A stretch of DNA of 64,000 nucleotides, from assembly GCA_965208835.1 (NCBI GenBank), contig OZ242358.1:4832001-4896000 (forward strand), written 5' to 3'. This document shows positions 48,022 through 58,096 of the stretch, piece by piece (positions within the stretch are counted from its first letter, which is position 1; each line of letters opens with the position of its first letter). The translations under genes and the position numbers were made by a program. The stretch is from Candidatus Latescibacterota bacterium. Its GTDB lineage: Bacteria; Latescibacterota; UBA2968; GCA-2709665. The notes under the pieces are model-generated. The model had not been told where the DNA came from, searched no databases, and worked only from the letters and a program-made list of their open reading frames with translations.

Positions 48022-49698
48022 ATGCCACGCCTGACCGGCGGCCGGTTCATCGCCGAAACGGTCCACGGATACGGCATCACGCACGTGTTTTTCATGCCCG
48101 TCATCGCGCCCCGGGCCCTGATGGAAATGGAACGGCTGGGAATCCGGCGTATCATGACCCACGGCGAAAAAAGCGCCGCCTATATGGCCGACGCCTATGC
48201 GCGCGTCCGCCGTGGCGCCGGCATCTGCATGGCGCAATCCGTGGGCGCCGCAAACCTCGCCGCCGGGCTTCAGGACGCGTACCTCGCATGTTCTCCCGTT
48301 GTCGCAATCACCGGCCGTCAGACACAGATCAACAGGCACCGGCACGCCTATCAGGAAGTGGACCATGTGGCGCCATTCGACGCGGTCACCAAATACAACG
48401 TTCTGGTGGACCGTCCCGAGCAACTTCCCTATTTCCTGAGGCAGGCCTTCCGGGAAGCCACCACGGCAACGCCCGGGCCCGTTCATCTAGACATGGCGGG
48501 TTTCATCGGAGACGTGGTCGCGAACGCTGAAGCCGATCTGGATGTGGTCGCCGAGGAACCCTTCGCCCAACTGCCCCCCTTCCGGCCCGAGCCCGAACCG
48601 GAGTCCGTCCGCAAGGCGGTGGACCTGCTGACCGCCGCGGAACGTCCCCTCATGGTCGCCGGCGGCGGGGTCATTGCCTCCGAGGCCGGCGCCGCACTTC
48701 GGGCGTTCGCGGAAAAGCTCTCCATCCCCGTAGCCACGTCGTTGAACGCCAAGGAAGCCTTCCCTTACGACCATCCCCTCGCCGTGGGCGTCTGCGGATT
48801 GTACTCCCGCGAATGCGCCAACCGCGCCGTCTGCGAGGCGGATCTTGTCTTCTTTGTGGGAAGCCACACCGGCGGTCAGGTCACGAACGACTGGACCGTC
48901 CCTCCGGCCGGCACCCACGTTATTCAACTGGACATCAATCCGGCTGAAATCGGACGCTCCTATCCCATCCGGCTCGGTATTCAGGCCGACGCGAGGGCCG
49001 GGCTGTCCAGGTTGATCGACGCTGCGCCCGACGCCGTCACGCGCAGCGCCTGGACGTCGCGCGTCCGGCAGCTCACGTCCGAGTGGCAGGAGCGCGTGGC
49101 CCCGCTCGTCAATTCGGAGGAGGTACCCATTCGTCCGGAGCGCCTGTGCAGGGAGCTGACCAGGCACCTGCCCTCCGACGCCATCCTCGTTTCCGATACC
49201 GGCCACTCGGGAATCTGGACGGGTACCATGATCGATCTCATCCACCCGGGTCAGTCCTATATCCGATGTTCAGGATCCCTGGGCTGGGGCATTCCCGCGG
49301 CCGTGGGCGCCCGGTGCGCCGCTCCGGACCGGCCGGTTATCTGCTTTACCGGCGACGGGGGCATCTGGTATCACGTCACGGAACTGGACACCGCCGTTCG
49401 GAACGACATTCCCGTTGTCGTTGTCGTCAACAACAATCATTCCCTCAACCAGGAGCAGGAACTCAACGAGGATGTCTACGGAGGCCCGGAACCGGGGTCC
49501 GACGAACTCTGGCATATGACGGACGGCGACTTTGCGAAAATGGCAGAGTCGATGGATTGCGTCGGCATCACTGTACATCGGGCGGGCGCGTTCGGGAGCG
49601 CACTCGACCAGGCGATTTCGTCGGGAAAACCGGCCGTGATCGACGTCAAGACCCACATCGAGGGCATCGCGCCGCCCGCGTGGTCTCCATCCGCCTGA
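48022..49698 (+). CDS. thiamine pyrophosphate-binding protein (acetolactate synthase-like)
   Basis: HGEKSAAYMADAYAR, PGPVHLD, GSLGWG, FTGDGG..VVNN. Confidence 0.93.
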   Translation: MPRLTGGRFIAETVHGYGITHVFFMPVIAPRALMEMERLGIRRIMTHGEKSAAYMADAYARVRRGAGICMAQSVGAANLAAGLQDAYLACSPVVAITGRQTQINRHRHAYQEVDHVAPFDAVTKYNVLVDRPEQLPYFLRQAFREATTATPGPVHLDMAGFIGDVVANAEADLDVVAEEPFAQLPPFRPEPEPESVRKAVDLLTAAERPLMVAGGGVIASEAGAALRAFAEKLSIPVATSLNAKEAFPYDHPLAVGVCGLYSRECANRAVCEADLVFFVGSHTGGQVTNDWTVPPAGTHVIQLDINPAEIGRSYPIRLGIQADARAGLSRLIDAAPDAVTRSAWTSRVRQLTSEWQERVAPLVNSEEVPIRPERLCRELTRHLPSDAILVSDTGHSGIWTGTMIDLIHPGQSYIRCSGSLGWGIPAAVGARCAAPDRPVICFTGDGGIWYHVTELDTAVRNDIPVVVVVNNNHSLNQEQELNEDVYGGPEPGSDELWHMTDGDFAKMAESMDCVGITVHRAGAFGSALDQAISSGKPAVIDVKTHIEGIAPPAWSPSA

Positions 49699-49721
49699 AT
49701 CCGGAAGGGAACTGACCCATC

Positions 49722-50612
49722 ATGCTACAGACTGGAGATGAGAACCTCCAACTCCTGGTGGTGGTCGCCCATCCGCACGACGTGTGCCACATGGGAGGCA
49801 CGTGCGCCCACCACCTGGACCGCGGCGACAGCGTCTCCGTGGTGGCGATAACCGGAGGACAGCGCACCCATAACGAGAAACTGGCGGACGAACTGCGCAA
49901 GCCGCCCGACCAGCGGGACAGGAACGTCGTCCAGGGATCGCAGGAAGATTACGCGAAACGAAAGAAAGAGGAATTCGCGAGGGCATGCGCCGTCTTCGGC
50001 ATCACGGACGTAACCGTGTTGCCGTTTTCCGATCATCCCCTCGAAGTCACGGAAGACGTGGTGTCGGCGCTGGCAGAGCGTCTGTACGTCGTCCGACCTC
50101 AAATCATCCTGACCCACGCGCCCTACACCCTTCCCGACCGCCGATTGCAATACGCGTGGGTGAACGACCATACCGCGACCGGAATCGCCGTGCAAAAGGC
50201 GCTCAACCAGGTGTCCATCCCCGACACCGAATTGGGCCGCGCACCTCACAGAGTGGCCGCCGTCTACTATACGGGCATCGACTACGGGTTCCACGAGGTC
50301 GACGTCTGTATCGACATCTCCGATCAGGTGGAGAACCGGATCAGGGCGGAGCAGGTCTTCGAATCCCAGGGGCACACGGCGGAGTTCGCAAGAAAGCGGA
50401 TCGAGTCCAGCGCGGGATTCCAGGGGTGGAAGGCCGGCACCGGCTACGCCGAGACCTTCATCCGCGGATACCGGGAGATTTCGCGGTGTCTGTCCGTCAC
50501 GAAGGAGAACCTCCTGCTCGCCGGGAGTTCACACGAGGAGCGCCTGCGCTGGATCACCGGCGATAGCCCTCATGGCGACGGGCAGGACGTGAGTCAGCAG
50601 CGGCGCGAATGA
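49722..50612 (+). CDS. PIG-L family deacetylase
   Basis: VVAHPHD..GGT, RPQIILTH, DH, DISD, YAE.F. Confidence 0.85.
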   Translation: MLQTGDENLQLLVVVAHPHDVCHMGGTCAHHLDRGDSVSVVAITGGQRTHNEKLADELRKPPDQRDRNVVQGSQEDYAKRKKEEFARACAVFGITDVTVLPFSDHPLEVTEDVVSALAERLYVVRPQIILTHAPYTLPDRRLQYAWVNDHTATGIAVQKALNQVSIPDTELGRAPHRVAAVYYTGIDYGFHEVDVCIDISDQVENRIRAEQVFESQGHTAEFARKRIESSAGFQGWKAGTGYAETFIRGYREISRCLSVTKENLLLAGSSHEERLRWITGDSPHGDGQDVSQQRRE

Positions 50613-50760
50613 GCCGAACGGCCTGAAAGGCGCCTGGTGTTCGAGCGGTCCGGTCGCGAGGGATTGCTGTTGCCTGTACTCGCGGGATTCCACATATTCA
50701 CGCACGCAACCTGCGCTCATCACCTGCGCATCCCACAACCCGATGGCAAGGAAGGTCTTT

Positions 50761-52326
50761 ATGCACAGAGTCAATCGTCGTCCCTTTGTCATAATCAGTT
50801 CGATCCTTTTCCTGGCGCTCGTGTTTCCCGTCATGGCGTGTGCGCAGGAAACCGCCGCTCCTGAATCGGCAAACAGCTGGATACAGACCAACCTTGCCGA
50901 CCTGGACAGGCTCTTCGGAAACACGGTCGAACTTCTGGCAGCGGTCCTCTTCGCGTCGTTCGGCACCGGGATTCCGCTGATCGTCGTGGTGCTTCTTCTG
51001 GGCGGCATCTATTATTCCTTCTTCTTCGGATGGATATCCCTGAAGGGGTTCCGCCATTCCATCGACATCATCCGCGGCCGCTACGACAACCCTGACGATC
51101 CCGGGGAAATCTCGCACTTCCAGGCCCTCACCAGCGCACTCTCGGCCACGGTGGGGCTCGGAAACATCGCCGGAGTCGCCATCGCCGTAAGTCTCGGCGG
51201 ACCGGGCGCGATTTTCTGGATGCTCGTCACCGCGATCTTCGGCATGTCCTCCAAGCTCGCTTCCTGCACCCTGGCGGTCATGTACAGGAAGATTCACCCC
51301 GACGGCCGTGTCTCCGGCGGACCTATGTATTACCTGGAAAACGGCCTCAAATTAAAGGGCATGGGGGAGTTCGGCCGCACGCTCGCGGTGATGTTCGCCT
51401 TTCTGACCGTGGGAGGAAGCCTGGGCGGCGGCAATATGTTCCAGGCCAACCAGACGCTGGAGATTCTGGGCACCGTTTCGCCGGTTTTCAAAGACTACAA
51501 CTGGCTGGTCGGCATCGTACTCGCCGCAATGGTCGCCGTTGTGATCATCGGCGGGATCAGGCGAATCGGACGCGTCACGTCTCGTGTGGTGCCCACGATG
51601 TGCGTCTTGTACGTTGCCACCTGCCTGCTGATCATCCTGACCAACTTTACCCGCATTCCTGAAATGCTGGGCACCATCTTCAGCCAGGCCTTCTCGCCCC
51701 AGGCGCTCTACGGCGGGTTCATCGGCGTGCTGGTAACCGGCATCCGACGCGCCGCCTTTTCCAACGAAGCCGGCCTCGGATCCGCTGCGTTCGCACACGC
51801 GGCCGCCAAGACCGACGAGCCGGCCAGGGAGGGCATGGTCGCGATGATCGGTCCGTTTATCGACACGATCATCATCTGCCTGATGACGGGGCTCGTCTGC
51901 CTCATCACCGGCGTCTACGCGGATCCACAGTTCCTCGGCCAGGCCCAGCAGGGTCAGCCGGTCGGCGCCGCGATGACGGCCGCTGCATTCGAAACGTTCA
52001 TCCCGGGCGCCCGGCACGTACTCGCCATCGCCGTCGTCCTCTTCGCCTATTCCACCATGATCTCCTGGTCCTATTACGGGGAGCGGGCGTGGGAGTATCT
52101 CTTCGGTACGGGCACCATTATCGTGTACCGCGTCATCTTCGTCGTATTCGTCTTCCTGGGCGCCGTCACCGCGCTGACGAACGTACTCAACTTCACCGAC
52201 ATGATGATCCTGGGAATGGCCTTCCCCAATATCATCGGCGGTGTGATCCTGAGCCCGCACATCAAGGCCACCCTCAACGAATACTGGGACCGGTTGAAAT
52301 CTGGCCAGATGAAAGTTTACAAGTAA
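50761..52326 (+). CDS. alanine/glycine:cation symporter (AGCS)
   Basis: GEISHFQAL..ATVGLGNIAGVA, GGPMYY, FSNEAGLGS, DTIIIC. Confidence 0.95.
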   Translation: MHRVNRRPFVIISSILFLALVFPVMACAQETAAPESANSWIQTNLADLDRLFGNTVELLAAVLFASFGTGIPLIVVVLLLGGIYYSFFFGWISLKGFRHSIDIIRGRYDNPDDPGEISHFQALTSALSATVGLGNIAGVAIAVSLGGPGAIFWMLVTAIFGMSSKLASCTLAVMYRKIHPDGRVSGGPMYYLENGLKLKGMGEFGRTLAVMFAFLTVGGSLGGGNMFQANQTLEILGTVSPVFKDYNWLVGIVLAAMVAVVIIGGIRRIGRVTSRVVPTMCVLYVATCLLIILTNFTRIPEMLGTIFSQAFSPQALYGGFIGVLVTGIRRAAFSNEAGLGSAAFAHAAAKTDEPAREGMVAMIGPFIDTIIICLMTGLVCLITGVYADPQFLGQAQQGQPVGAAMTAAAFETFIPGARHVLAIAVVLFAYSTMISWSYYGERAWEYLFGTGTIIVYRVIFVVFVFLGAVTALTNVLNFTDMMILGMAFPNIIGGVILSPHIKATLNEYWDRLKSGQMKVYK

Positions 52327-52343
52327 GCCGGGTCAAGCAACAG

Positions 52344-52380
52344 AAAAGGGGGCGCTGCAAAACCGCAGCGCCCCCTTTTT
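52344..52380. terminator. intrinsic (bidirectional) terminator
   Basis: AAAAGGGGGCGCTGC..GCAGCGCCCCCTTTTT. Confidence 0.85.
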
Positions 52381-52392
52381 ATTATGACCTAT

Positions 52393-52630
52393 AGGCGGGG
52401 AGAGGTGAGACGGGAGACGTTAGAAGAAAGGCGGGTAGAGGTGAGAGGGTAGACGGTAGATGAGATCATTGCCGGGTATGTTATTCCTCGTTGCCTCCGG
52501 CACGAGAAGAATCCTTTCAAGGCTGGAAATCTCTCCCGTCTCACTTCTTGCGTCTCACCAGGTGGTGGGCTGGGGTGAGGTTTTCTACCCTCTCCCGTCT
52601 TGCGTCTTCCCGCCTTTAGCTGACAGCTTC
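52393..52630 (+). repeat. dispersed palindromic repeat, copy 5 of 7
   Basis: Ends AGGCGGGGAGA../..TCTTCCCGCCT; hairpins TGCC-TCC-GGCA and CCTT-TC-AAGG. Confidence 0.9.
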
Positions 52631-52631
52631 T

Positions 52632-53606
52632 CTATACATCCGCAATCGATACGGGTTCGCCGGTTTCGAGCGAACGGTTTACCGCCACCACAACCTGCTG
52701 GGTCTTCACGGCGTCCGAGTACGGACATCGCAGCTTCGATCCGTCGCCCGTGCGCACCGCCTCGATAAAGGCGTTGTCCATCTCCTGCCAGTACGGATTG
52801 CCGACCTCGAATATCTCGGACCGGTCTCCCTGCACAACCGTAATCGACTTTCTCTCTTTGTACTCGATGACCATATCCTTCGTGTAAATATCCAATCCGC
52901 CCCGATGGCCGCACGACAGAAAACAGGCCGAAAAGAGCGTCGCCAGCGTGCCGTTCTCGAAAATCAGCGTGGCCGCGCTCGCGTCTTCGATATCGTAGTC
53001 CTCCACATCCGTCATCAACCCCGTACGGCCCCCCGCGAAAACGGTTTTCACGTCCCCGAAGAGATACCGGGCCATGTCCGTCACGTGAACCGTCTGCTCC
53101 ACGGCCTGCCCGCCGGACAGCTGCTTCCGCCGCCACCAGTATGCGCCCGGCAACCCCCCCATCCAGTACCCGATCGCCAGCCCGACCTGGCGGTCCGCAA
53201 GCAGGTCCCGCGTCTTGTCGATAATGTCCAGGTACCGACCCTGGAAGCCCACGCAGGAAATCACGCCGTGTTCCCGGATTGCCGCGTCCGCCTCCCGCGC
53301 CGTGTCCATGTGCAGAGAGATCGGTTTCTCGACGAAAAGCGCGATTCCCTTCTCCGCGGCAAGGATCTCCTGCGTCTCGTGGGCGAATGGAGGAACGCAG
53401 ACGTATACCGCATCCAGCTCCACTTCGTTCAACATGGACCTGTAGTCCGTGAATACCCCGGCGTTCCACTCCGCAGCGGCCTCGTCCGCCTTCGCCCGAT
53501 CCAGATCGCAAACGGCCACGACCGCCACGTCGTCCATGCGCTTCAAATGCCGCCGATGCCCGCGTGAGATGTTCCCCGCGCCGATAAAACCGACCTTCAC
53601 CGTCAT
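52632..53606 (-). CDS. Gfo/Idh/MocA family oxidoreductase
   Basis: VGFIGAGNI, VEKP, GG..VEQTVHVTD. Confidence 0.92.
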   Translation of the reverse strand: MTVKVGFIGAGNISRGHRRHLKRMDDVAVVAVCDLDRAKADEAAAEWNAGVFTDYRSMLNEVELDAVYVCVPPFAHETQEILAAEKGIALFVEKPISLHMDTAREADAAIREHGVISCVGFQGRYLDIIDKTRDLLADRQVGLAIGYWMGGLPGAYWWRRKQLSGGQAVEQTVHVTDMARYLFGDVKTVFAGGRTGLMTDVEDYDIEDASAATLIFENGTLATLFSACFLSCGHRGGLDIYTKDMVIEYKERKSITVVQGDRSEIFEVGNPYWQEMDNAFIEAVRTGDGSKLRCPYSDAVKTQQVVVAVNRSLETGEPVSIADV

Positions 53607-53645
53607 CCGCAGATCCCTTTACCGTAATGACAGGGCAACCGGTTG

Positions 53646-56420
53646 TTATTTCAACTCTTCCTTCAGCGCCCGGATCGTCGCCTCCAGCGCCTTCATCTCC
53701 TTGCCGGCCTGCTCCCAGTCCCACTGCTGCAGCGCCGTTCGCACGCGCGAGTAGTGCGCATCCGCCTTTGCCGCCAGTTCGGCCGCTGAACGCCCGGCCT
53801 GAACCGCAACCTGAGTCGCCGGCGTTTCCACCCTGTCTTCCGCCAGGGTGGCGCCAACCCCCTCCCCGAACAGGACCGTCAGCGCTTCTTCGAACGTATT
53901 CCGCATCACCACCTGCCCGCCAAACGCGACGATCACCTGCTTCAATTCGGGAATCGCCGAACTGCGTTCCTGCTGCCGCCTCGGCTGGGGCTGGCTTCCC
54001 GGCAAGCCTTCCTCCTGCCCGTACGCCTGCTGGTCGGGCTCCTGCCTCGCCTGCAGATAGATGGGTTCCACGTAGATGAACGAACTCTCCACCGGAATGG
54101 CCAGCAGGTTCCCGCGGATCACCTCCGATCCGCGCTGCCCCCACAGTGTCAACTGGCTGGAGATGTCCGGCTGCTGGTCCACCCTCGCTTCGATCTGCAT
54201 CGGACCGTAGATGAGCTTGTCCTTGGGCAGCTTGTACACCAGCAGGTGTCCGTAGTTCTCACCGTCGGACCGCGCCGCGAGCCAGGCGATCATATTGTCT
54301 CTCTTCGTGGGCGTAAAGGGCACCATCAGCAGGAATTCCTCCTGGCTCTCACCCGGCAGCTTGACGATGATATAATAGGGCAGCATCGGCTGAGGCTGGT
54401 CGCTGTAAATCTCGTTCGGGATCTCCCAGAGGTCCTCCTGGTTGAAGAAGACGTTGACGTCTTCCATGTGATAACTCCGGTACATGGAGGCCTGCGCGTA
54501 AAACAGGTCGATCGGATACCTCACGTGCGCCCTCAGATTCTCCGGCATGTCGGACATCGGCCGGAACACCCCCGGGAACATCTCGCCATAAGATCGAATC
54601 AGCGGATCTTCCGCATCCACCTGATAGAACGTTACCGTGCCGTTGTAGGCGTCGACCACCACCTTCACGGAGTTTCTGATATAGTTGATCCTCATTCGCC
54701 CCGAGCGCGTGGAATACGGGTACATATCGGAAATCGTGTACGCATCCTGTATCCAGTAGAGCCTGCCCTCGGACGCCACGATATAGGGATCGGTATCGTA
54801 CATGAGGAAGGGAACCAGCGTCTGGACACGCTCCCGAATCTGCCGGCGGAACATGATGCGGCTTTCGGGCAAGATGTAACCGCTCAGCAGGAGGCTTACG
54901 TCCCAGAATCGAATGGCGAACGCCAGCCGATTGATGAAGCTGCCCGCGGGCACGCCCCCTGCCCCCTCATACGTCGAATACTGGTTCTCGTCGCCCTTCG
55001 GGTAGTCGAATTCCTCGATCCCGGTCTTCACCACCACGTAAGCGTAGGTCCTTTCTCCGTAGTAGATCTCGGGCCGATCGACCTCCAGCCCCGGATCCGA
55101 AACCGGCGGAATATCCTTGACCATGAACGCCGGCAGGCCCTCCGGGGTGACGTGGTTGACCGGGCTGATGGTCACCCCGTATCCGTGGGTGTACTGCAGA
55201 CGCTCGTTGACCCAGTTCCTGGCCTGAGACGGCAGGCGGTTGGTGTCCAGCTCCCGGGCGGACAACATGACCTGCCGGTACACGCCATCCACCGTGTATC
55301 GGTCCACGTCCACGCTCGGAAATACGTAGTAGGGCCGGATTTCCTGCACCTGCTGGTAGGTCTGCTTCAGGGGCCGTTCGTCCCAGATCCGGATGTTTCG
55401 CATCGTAAGCGGGTTCGCCTGTATATCCGCCAGCGTCAGGTCCTCCGACGCCTCAAACGGCTGCTCAACGATCCGGTCCAGCCCGTATGCCCGATTGGTC
55501 GCTTCGATGTTGTACTTGATATATGGCCCTTCACGGCGGAGTTCGCTCGGCTCCACCACAAGCTTCTGGACCACCGTGGCGGGCACCGCACCCACCACGA
55601 TCGTGCCGATAACCAGCACGCCGACACCCCTGAGCGGCAGCCGGGTATTCGGCGATCTGACATTCAGAAAGAGGAAGACCGCCGCGGCCAGGAAGACGAT
55701 CACCATCACCCAGTATGCCCAGATCTGAACGTTGACGTCCACGTAACCGGCCCCGAAGAACCGCCCCTGCGAATACAGCAAGGCATAAATCTTGAGACGG
55801 TACTTCCATGCCAGCGCGACGAGGAATACGCCGCCCAATCCCGAAAGATGGGCCATGGGCCGTTCCCCAACCTCCAGCCCCTCACGGATTCCGATACCAC
55901 CCGCCGTTACGTACATCATTACGACGACCAGCGCCGACAGTACAAGAGCCGCAATCAGAAATCCGGACAGAAAATCGTAGAACGGAAGCAGGAATACATA
56001 AAACCCCACCTCCCGGTCGAAGATCGGATCGGTCGCGCCGAACGGCTGTTCGTACAGGTACCGCAGCAGGACCGGCCACTGACTGGCGCCGATGTTGCCC
56101 AGGATGAATACAAGCACGGCCGCGATGAAGACCTGCGTCTTCCTGGACTGCAACACGCCTCCGGGTTCGCCTTCCACCCGCATCGCCCGCTGTGTAATCT
56201 TCCCGGCAATCCACAGGTTCACCCCCACCACGACGGCCGCGATCGCGCCGAATAACATGCCCGACCCGAAGCGGGCGCGAATGATACGCCAGAAGACCGA
56301 ATCGAAATCCAGACTCCTGAACCACAGCCAGTCCGTATAGTACGACACCAGAAAACTGATTCCGAAGAATCCGCCAATCAGCACGCCAAGAACCACCCAT
56401 CCCTTCGGACGCCGATCCAT
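53646..56420 (-). CDS. UPF0182 family membrane protein
   Basis: YTDWLWF, FG.TDPIF, NIRIWD, YTHGYG, NYIRNSVK, IYGPMQIE, VIRGNLL. Confidence 0.95.
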   Translation of the reverse strand: MDRRPKGWVVLGVLIGGFFGISFLVSYYTDWLWFRSLDFDSVFWRIIRARFGSGMLFGAIAAVVVGVNLWIAGKITQRAMRVEGEPGGVLQSRKTQVFIAAVLVFILGNIGASQWPVLLRYLYEQPFGATDPIFDREVGFYVFLLPFYDFLSGFLIAALVLSALVVVMMYVTAGGIGIREGLEVGERPMAHLSGLGGVFLVALAWKYRLKIYALLYSQGRFFGAGYVDVNVQIWAYWVMVIVFLAAAVFLFLNVRSPNTRLPLRGVGVLVIGTIVVGAVPATVVQKLVVEPSELRREGPYIKYNIEATNRAYGLDRIVEQPFEASEDLTLADIQANPLTMRNIRIWDERPLKQTYQQVQEIRPYYVFPSVDVDRYTVDGVYRQVMLSARELDTNRLPSQARNWVNERLQYTHGYGVTISPVNHVTPEGLPAFMVKDIPPVSDPGLEVDRPEIYYGERTYAYVVVKTGIEEFDYPKGDENQYSTYEGAGGVPAGSFINRLAFAIRFWDVSLLLSGYILPESRIMFRRQIRERVQTLVPFLMYDTDPYIVASEGRLYWIQDAYTISDMYPYSTRSGRMRINYIRNSVKVVVDAYNGTVTFYQVDAEDPLIRSYGEMFPGVFRPMSDMPENLRAHVRYPIDLFYAQASMYRSYHMEDVNVFFNQEDLWEIPNEIYSDQPQPMLPYYIIVKLPGESQEEFLLMVPFTPTKRDNMIAWLAARSDGENYGHLLVYKLPKDKLIYGPMQIEARVDQQPDISSQLTLWGQRGSEVIRGNLLAIPVESSFIYVEPIYLQARQEPDQQAYGQEEGLPGSQPQPRRQQERSSAIPELKQVIVAFGGQVVMRNTFEEALTVLFGEGVGATLAEDRVETPATQVAVQAGRSAAELAAKADAHYSRVRTALQQWDWEQAGKEMKALEATIRALKEELK

Positions 56421-56506
56421 GATTGCTCCTTTTCCAAAAACATGACGAAGTGATGATTTCCTTCACAAGTAAACAAAAAAACCGCTTCCTGTCAGCAAAA
56501 ACATTC

Positions 56507-56697
56507 AAAGGCGGTTAGGCGTAAGACGCAAGACGGTAGAAGAGATCCCTGCCCGGTATGTTCTTCCTCCTTGCCTTCGGCACGAAAAGAACCCTCACGA
56601 GGCAGCCAATCTCTCCCCTTTCCCATCTAACGTCTCACCGATTTTAGCTGACGGCTGACGGCTGATAGCTCTGTGTGAGGTGTGGGGGGAGAGGTCC
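56507..56697 (+). repeat. dispersed palindromic repeat, copy 6 of 7
   Basis: Same core; carries extra GCTGACG/GCTGATA heptamers. Confidence 0.9.
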
Positions 56698-56797
56698 GCA
56701 GGACCCAACACTAACATTTGACATCCGGCGCCCGCTTTGTCTTATTGTCCATGTCGCACCTGTGTCTACGCGGCCCGAACATAACCAGGAGTGCGCC

Positions 56798-57586
56798 ATG
56801 TCGGAATTTCAGGATAAAGTGGTCATCGTCACCGGTGGCGCCAAGGGTATCGGCAGCGGCATCTGCCTGGCTTTCGCCCGGGAGGGCGCCCGCGTCCTCT
56901 GCGCCGACGTGGACGTGAAGGCCGGAGATCGGCTCGCCGCGGAAAGCGGCCCTCTACCCGGCCATATCCGCTTTCAGGCGGCGGACGTGGCGCAAGACGA
57001 CGCATGCCGGGGGCTCGCGGCGACCGCAGTTTCAGATTGGGGCGGCGTGGACATCCTCTGCAACAACGTGGGCGTCCAGCCCGTCAGCAGCTACCAGCCC
57101 GCCCATGAAATGCCGGAAGAAACCTGGGACTACATCCTGAACGTCAACCTGAAGAGCGCCTTCCTGATGACCCGTCACTGCATACCCGAAATGATCAAAC
57201 GCGGAGGCGGCGTGATCATCAACACGGCCAGCGTCCAGGGGCTGCAATCCACGAAGGGCGTCTGCGCATACGCCGCCAGCAAAGGCGGCATCCTCTCACT
57301 GACGCGACAACTCGCCCTGGAATACGCGGAAGACAACGTGCGCGTGCTGGCCGTCAACCCCGGCACCATCGACACGCCGATGGTGGAGGAAGCCCTGCAG
57401 GCCATGGGTGGCGACGAGACGGAACATCGTGAACAGATGAGCCGGGCCCATCCCATCGGCCGGATCGGCACGCCCGACGACATCGCGAATGCCGTGCTGT
57501 TCCTCGCCAGCGAAAAAGCCTCCTTCATGACCGGCGAAAACGTCTGCGTGGACGGCGGGATGATGGCCAAGGGCGCGTGGAGCTGA
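56798..57586 (+). CDS. SDR family oxidoreductase
   Basis: TGGAKGIG, NNVG, YAASK, PGTIDT. Confidence 0.93.
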   Translation: MSEFQDKVVIVTGGAKGIGSGICLAFAREGARVLCADVDVKAGDRLAAESGPLPGHIRFQAADVAQDDACRGLAATAVSDWGGVDILCNNVGVQPVSSYQPAHEMPEETWDYILNVNLKSAFLMTRHCIPEMIKRGGGVIINTASVQGLQSTKGVCAYAASKGGILSLTRQLALEYAEDNVRVLAVNPGTIDTPMVEEALQAMGGDETEHREQMSRAHPIGRIGTPDDIANAVLFLASEKASFMTGENVCVDGGMMAKGAWS

Positions 57587-57616
57587 TCGTCCGGGTCCCG
57601 GATTTCAACCCCCTCT

Positions 57617-58096
57617 ATGGACTTCCATCCGTTTATCGTCCACTTCCCCCTGGCCCTGCTCACCGTGGGCTTTTTCTGCGACGCCGCCGGCATTCTGTTT
57701 CGCAGGGATCACCTTCTCCGCACCGGATACCTCCTCCTTGTCCTCGGCGCAGTCTCGGCGATTGCGGCCTCGCTGACCGGAAACGCGGCAGAGGAAACAG
57801 CAGCCCGAATCCCCGGCATCGCGGCCGCGCTGGAACAGCACGAATCCATCTCCACCGCCGCCACGTGGCTCGCCATCGTTCTGGTTCTCCTCCGAACCCA
57901 CCTCATCCTCAAGCGAAAGTTCACAGGAACCGTTCGGTTCGCGTATCTCGCGGGCGCCGCGGCAACGGCAGTCCTCGTTGCCCTCAGCGGATATACGGGG
58001 GGTAAAATGACGTACGAATACGGTCCGGGCATCCGGCCTGTGATGGAAGCGCTCACGCACCCCAAAGGCGGGGAGAGGGAAGACGTAAGACGGTAG
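57617..58096 (+). CDS. DUF2231-like membrane protein
   Basis: HPFIVHFPLAL, four TM segments, GYTGGKM.Y.YG; the last ~10 codons lie inside repeat copy 7. Confidence 0.8.
   Translation: MDFHPFIVHFPLALLTVGFFCDAAGILFRRDHLLRTGYLLLVLGAVSAIAASLTGNAAEETAARIPGIAAALEQHESISTAATWLAIVLVLLRTHLILKRKFTGTVRFAYLAGAAATAVLVALSGYTGGKMTYEYGPGIRPVMEALTHPKGGEREDVRR

Noticed and set aside
50612-50760. Possible glycine riboswitch upstream of the AGCS symporter
   Set aside because: The conserved GGAGA/CCGAAG/CTCAGG elements are absent
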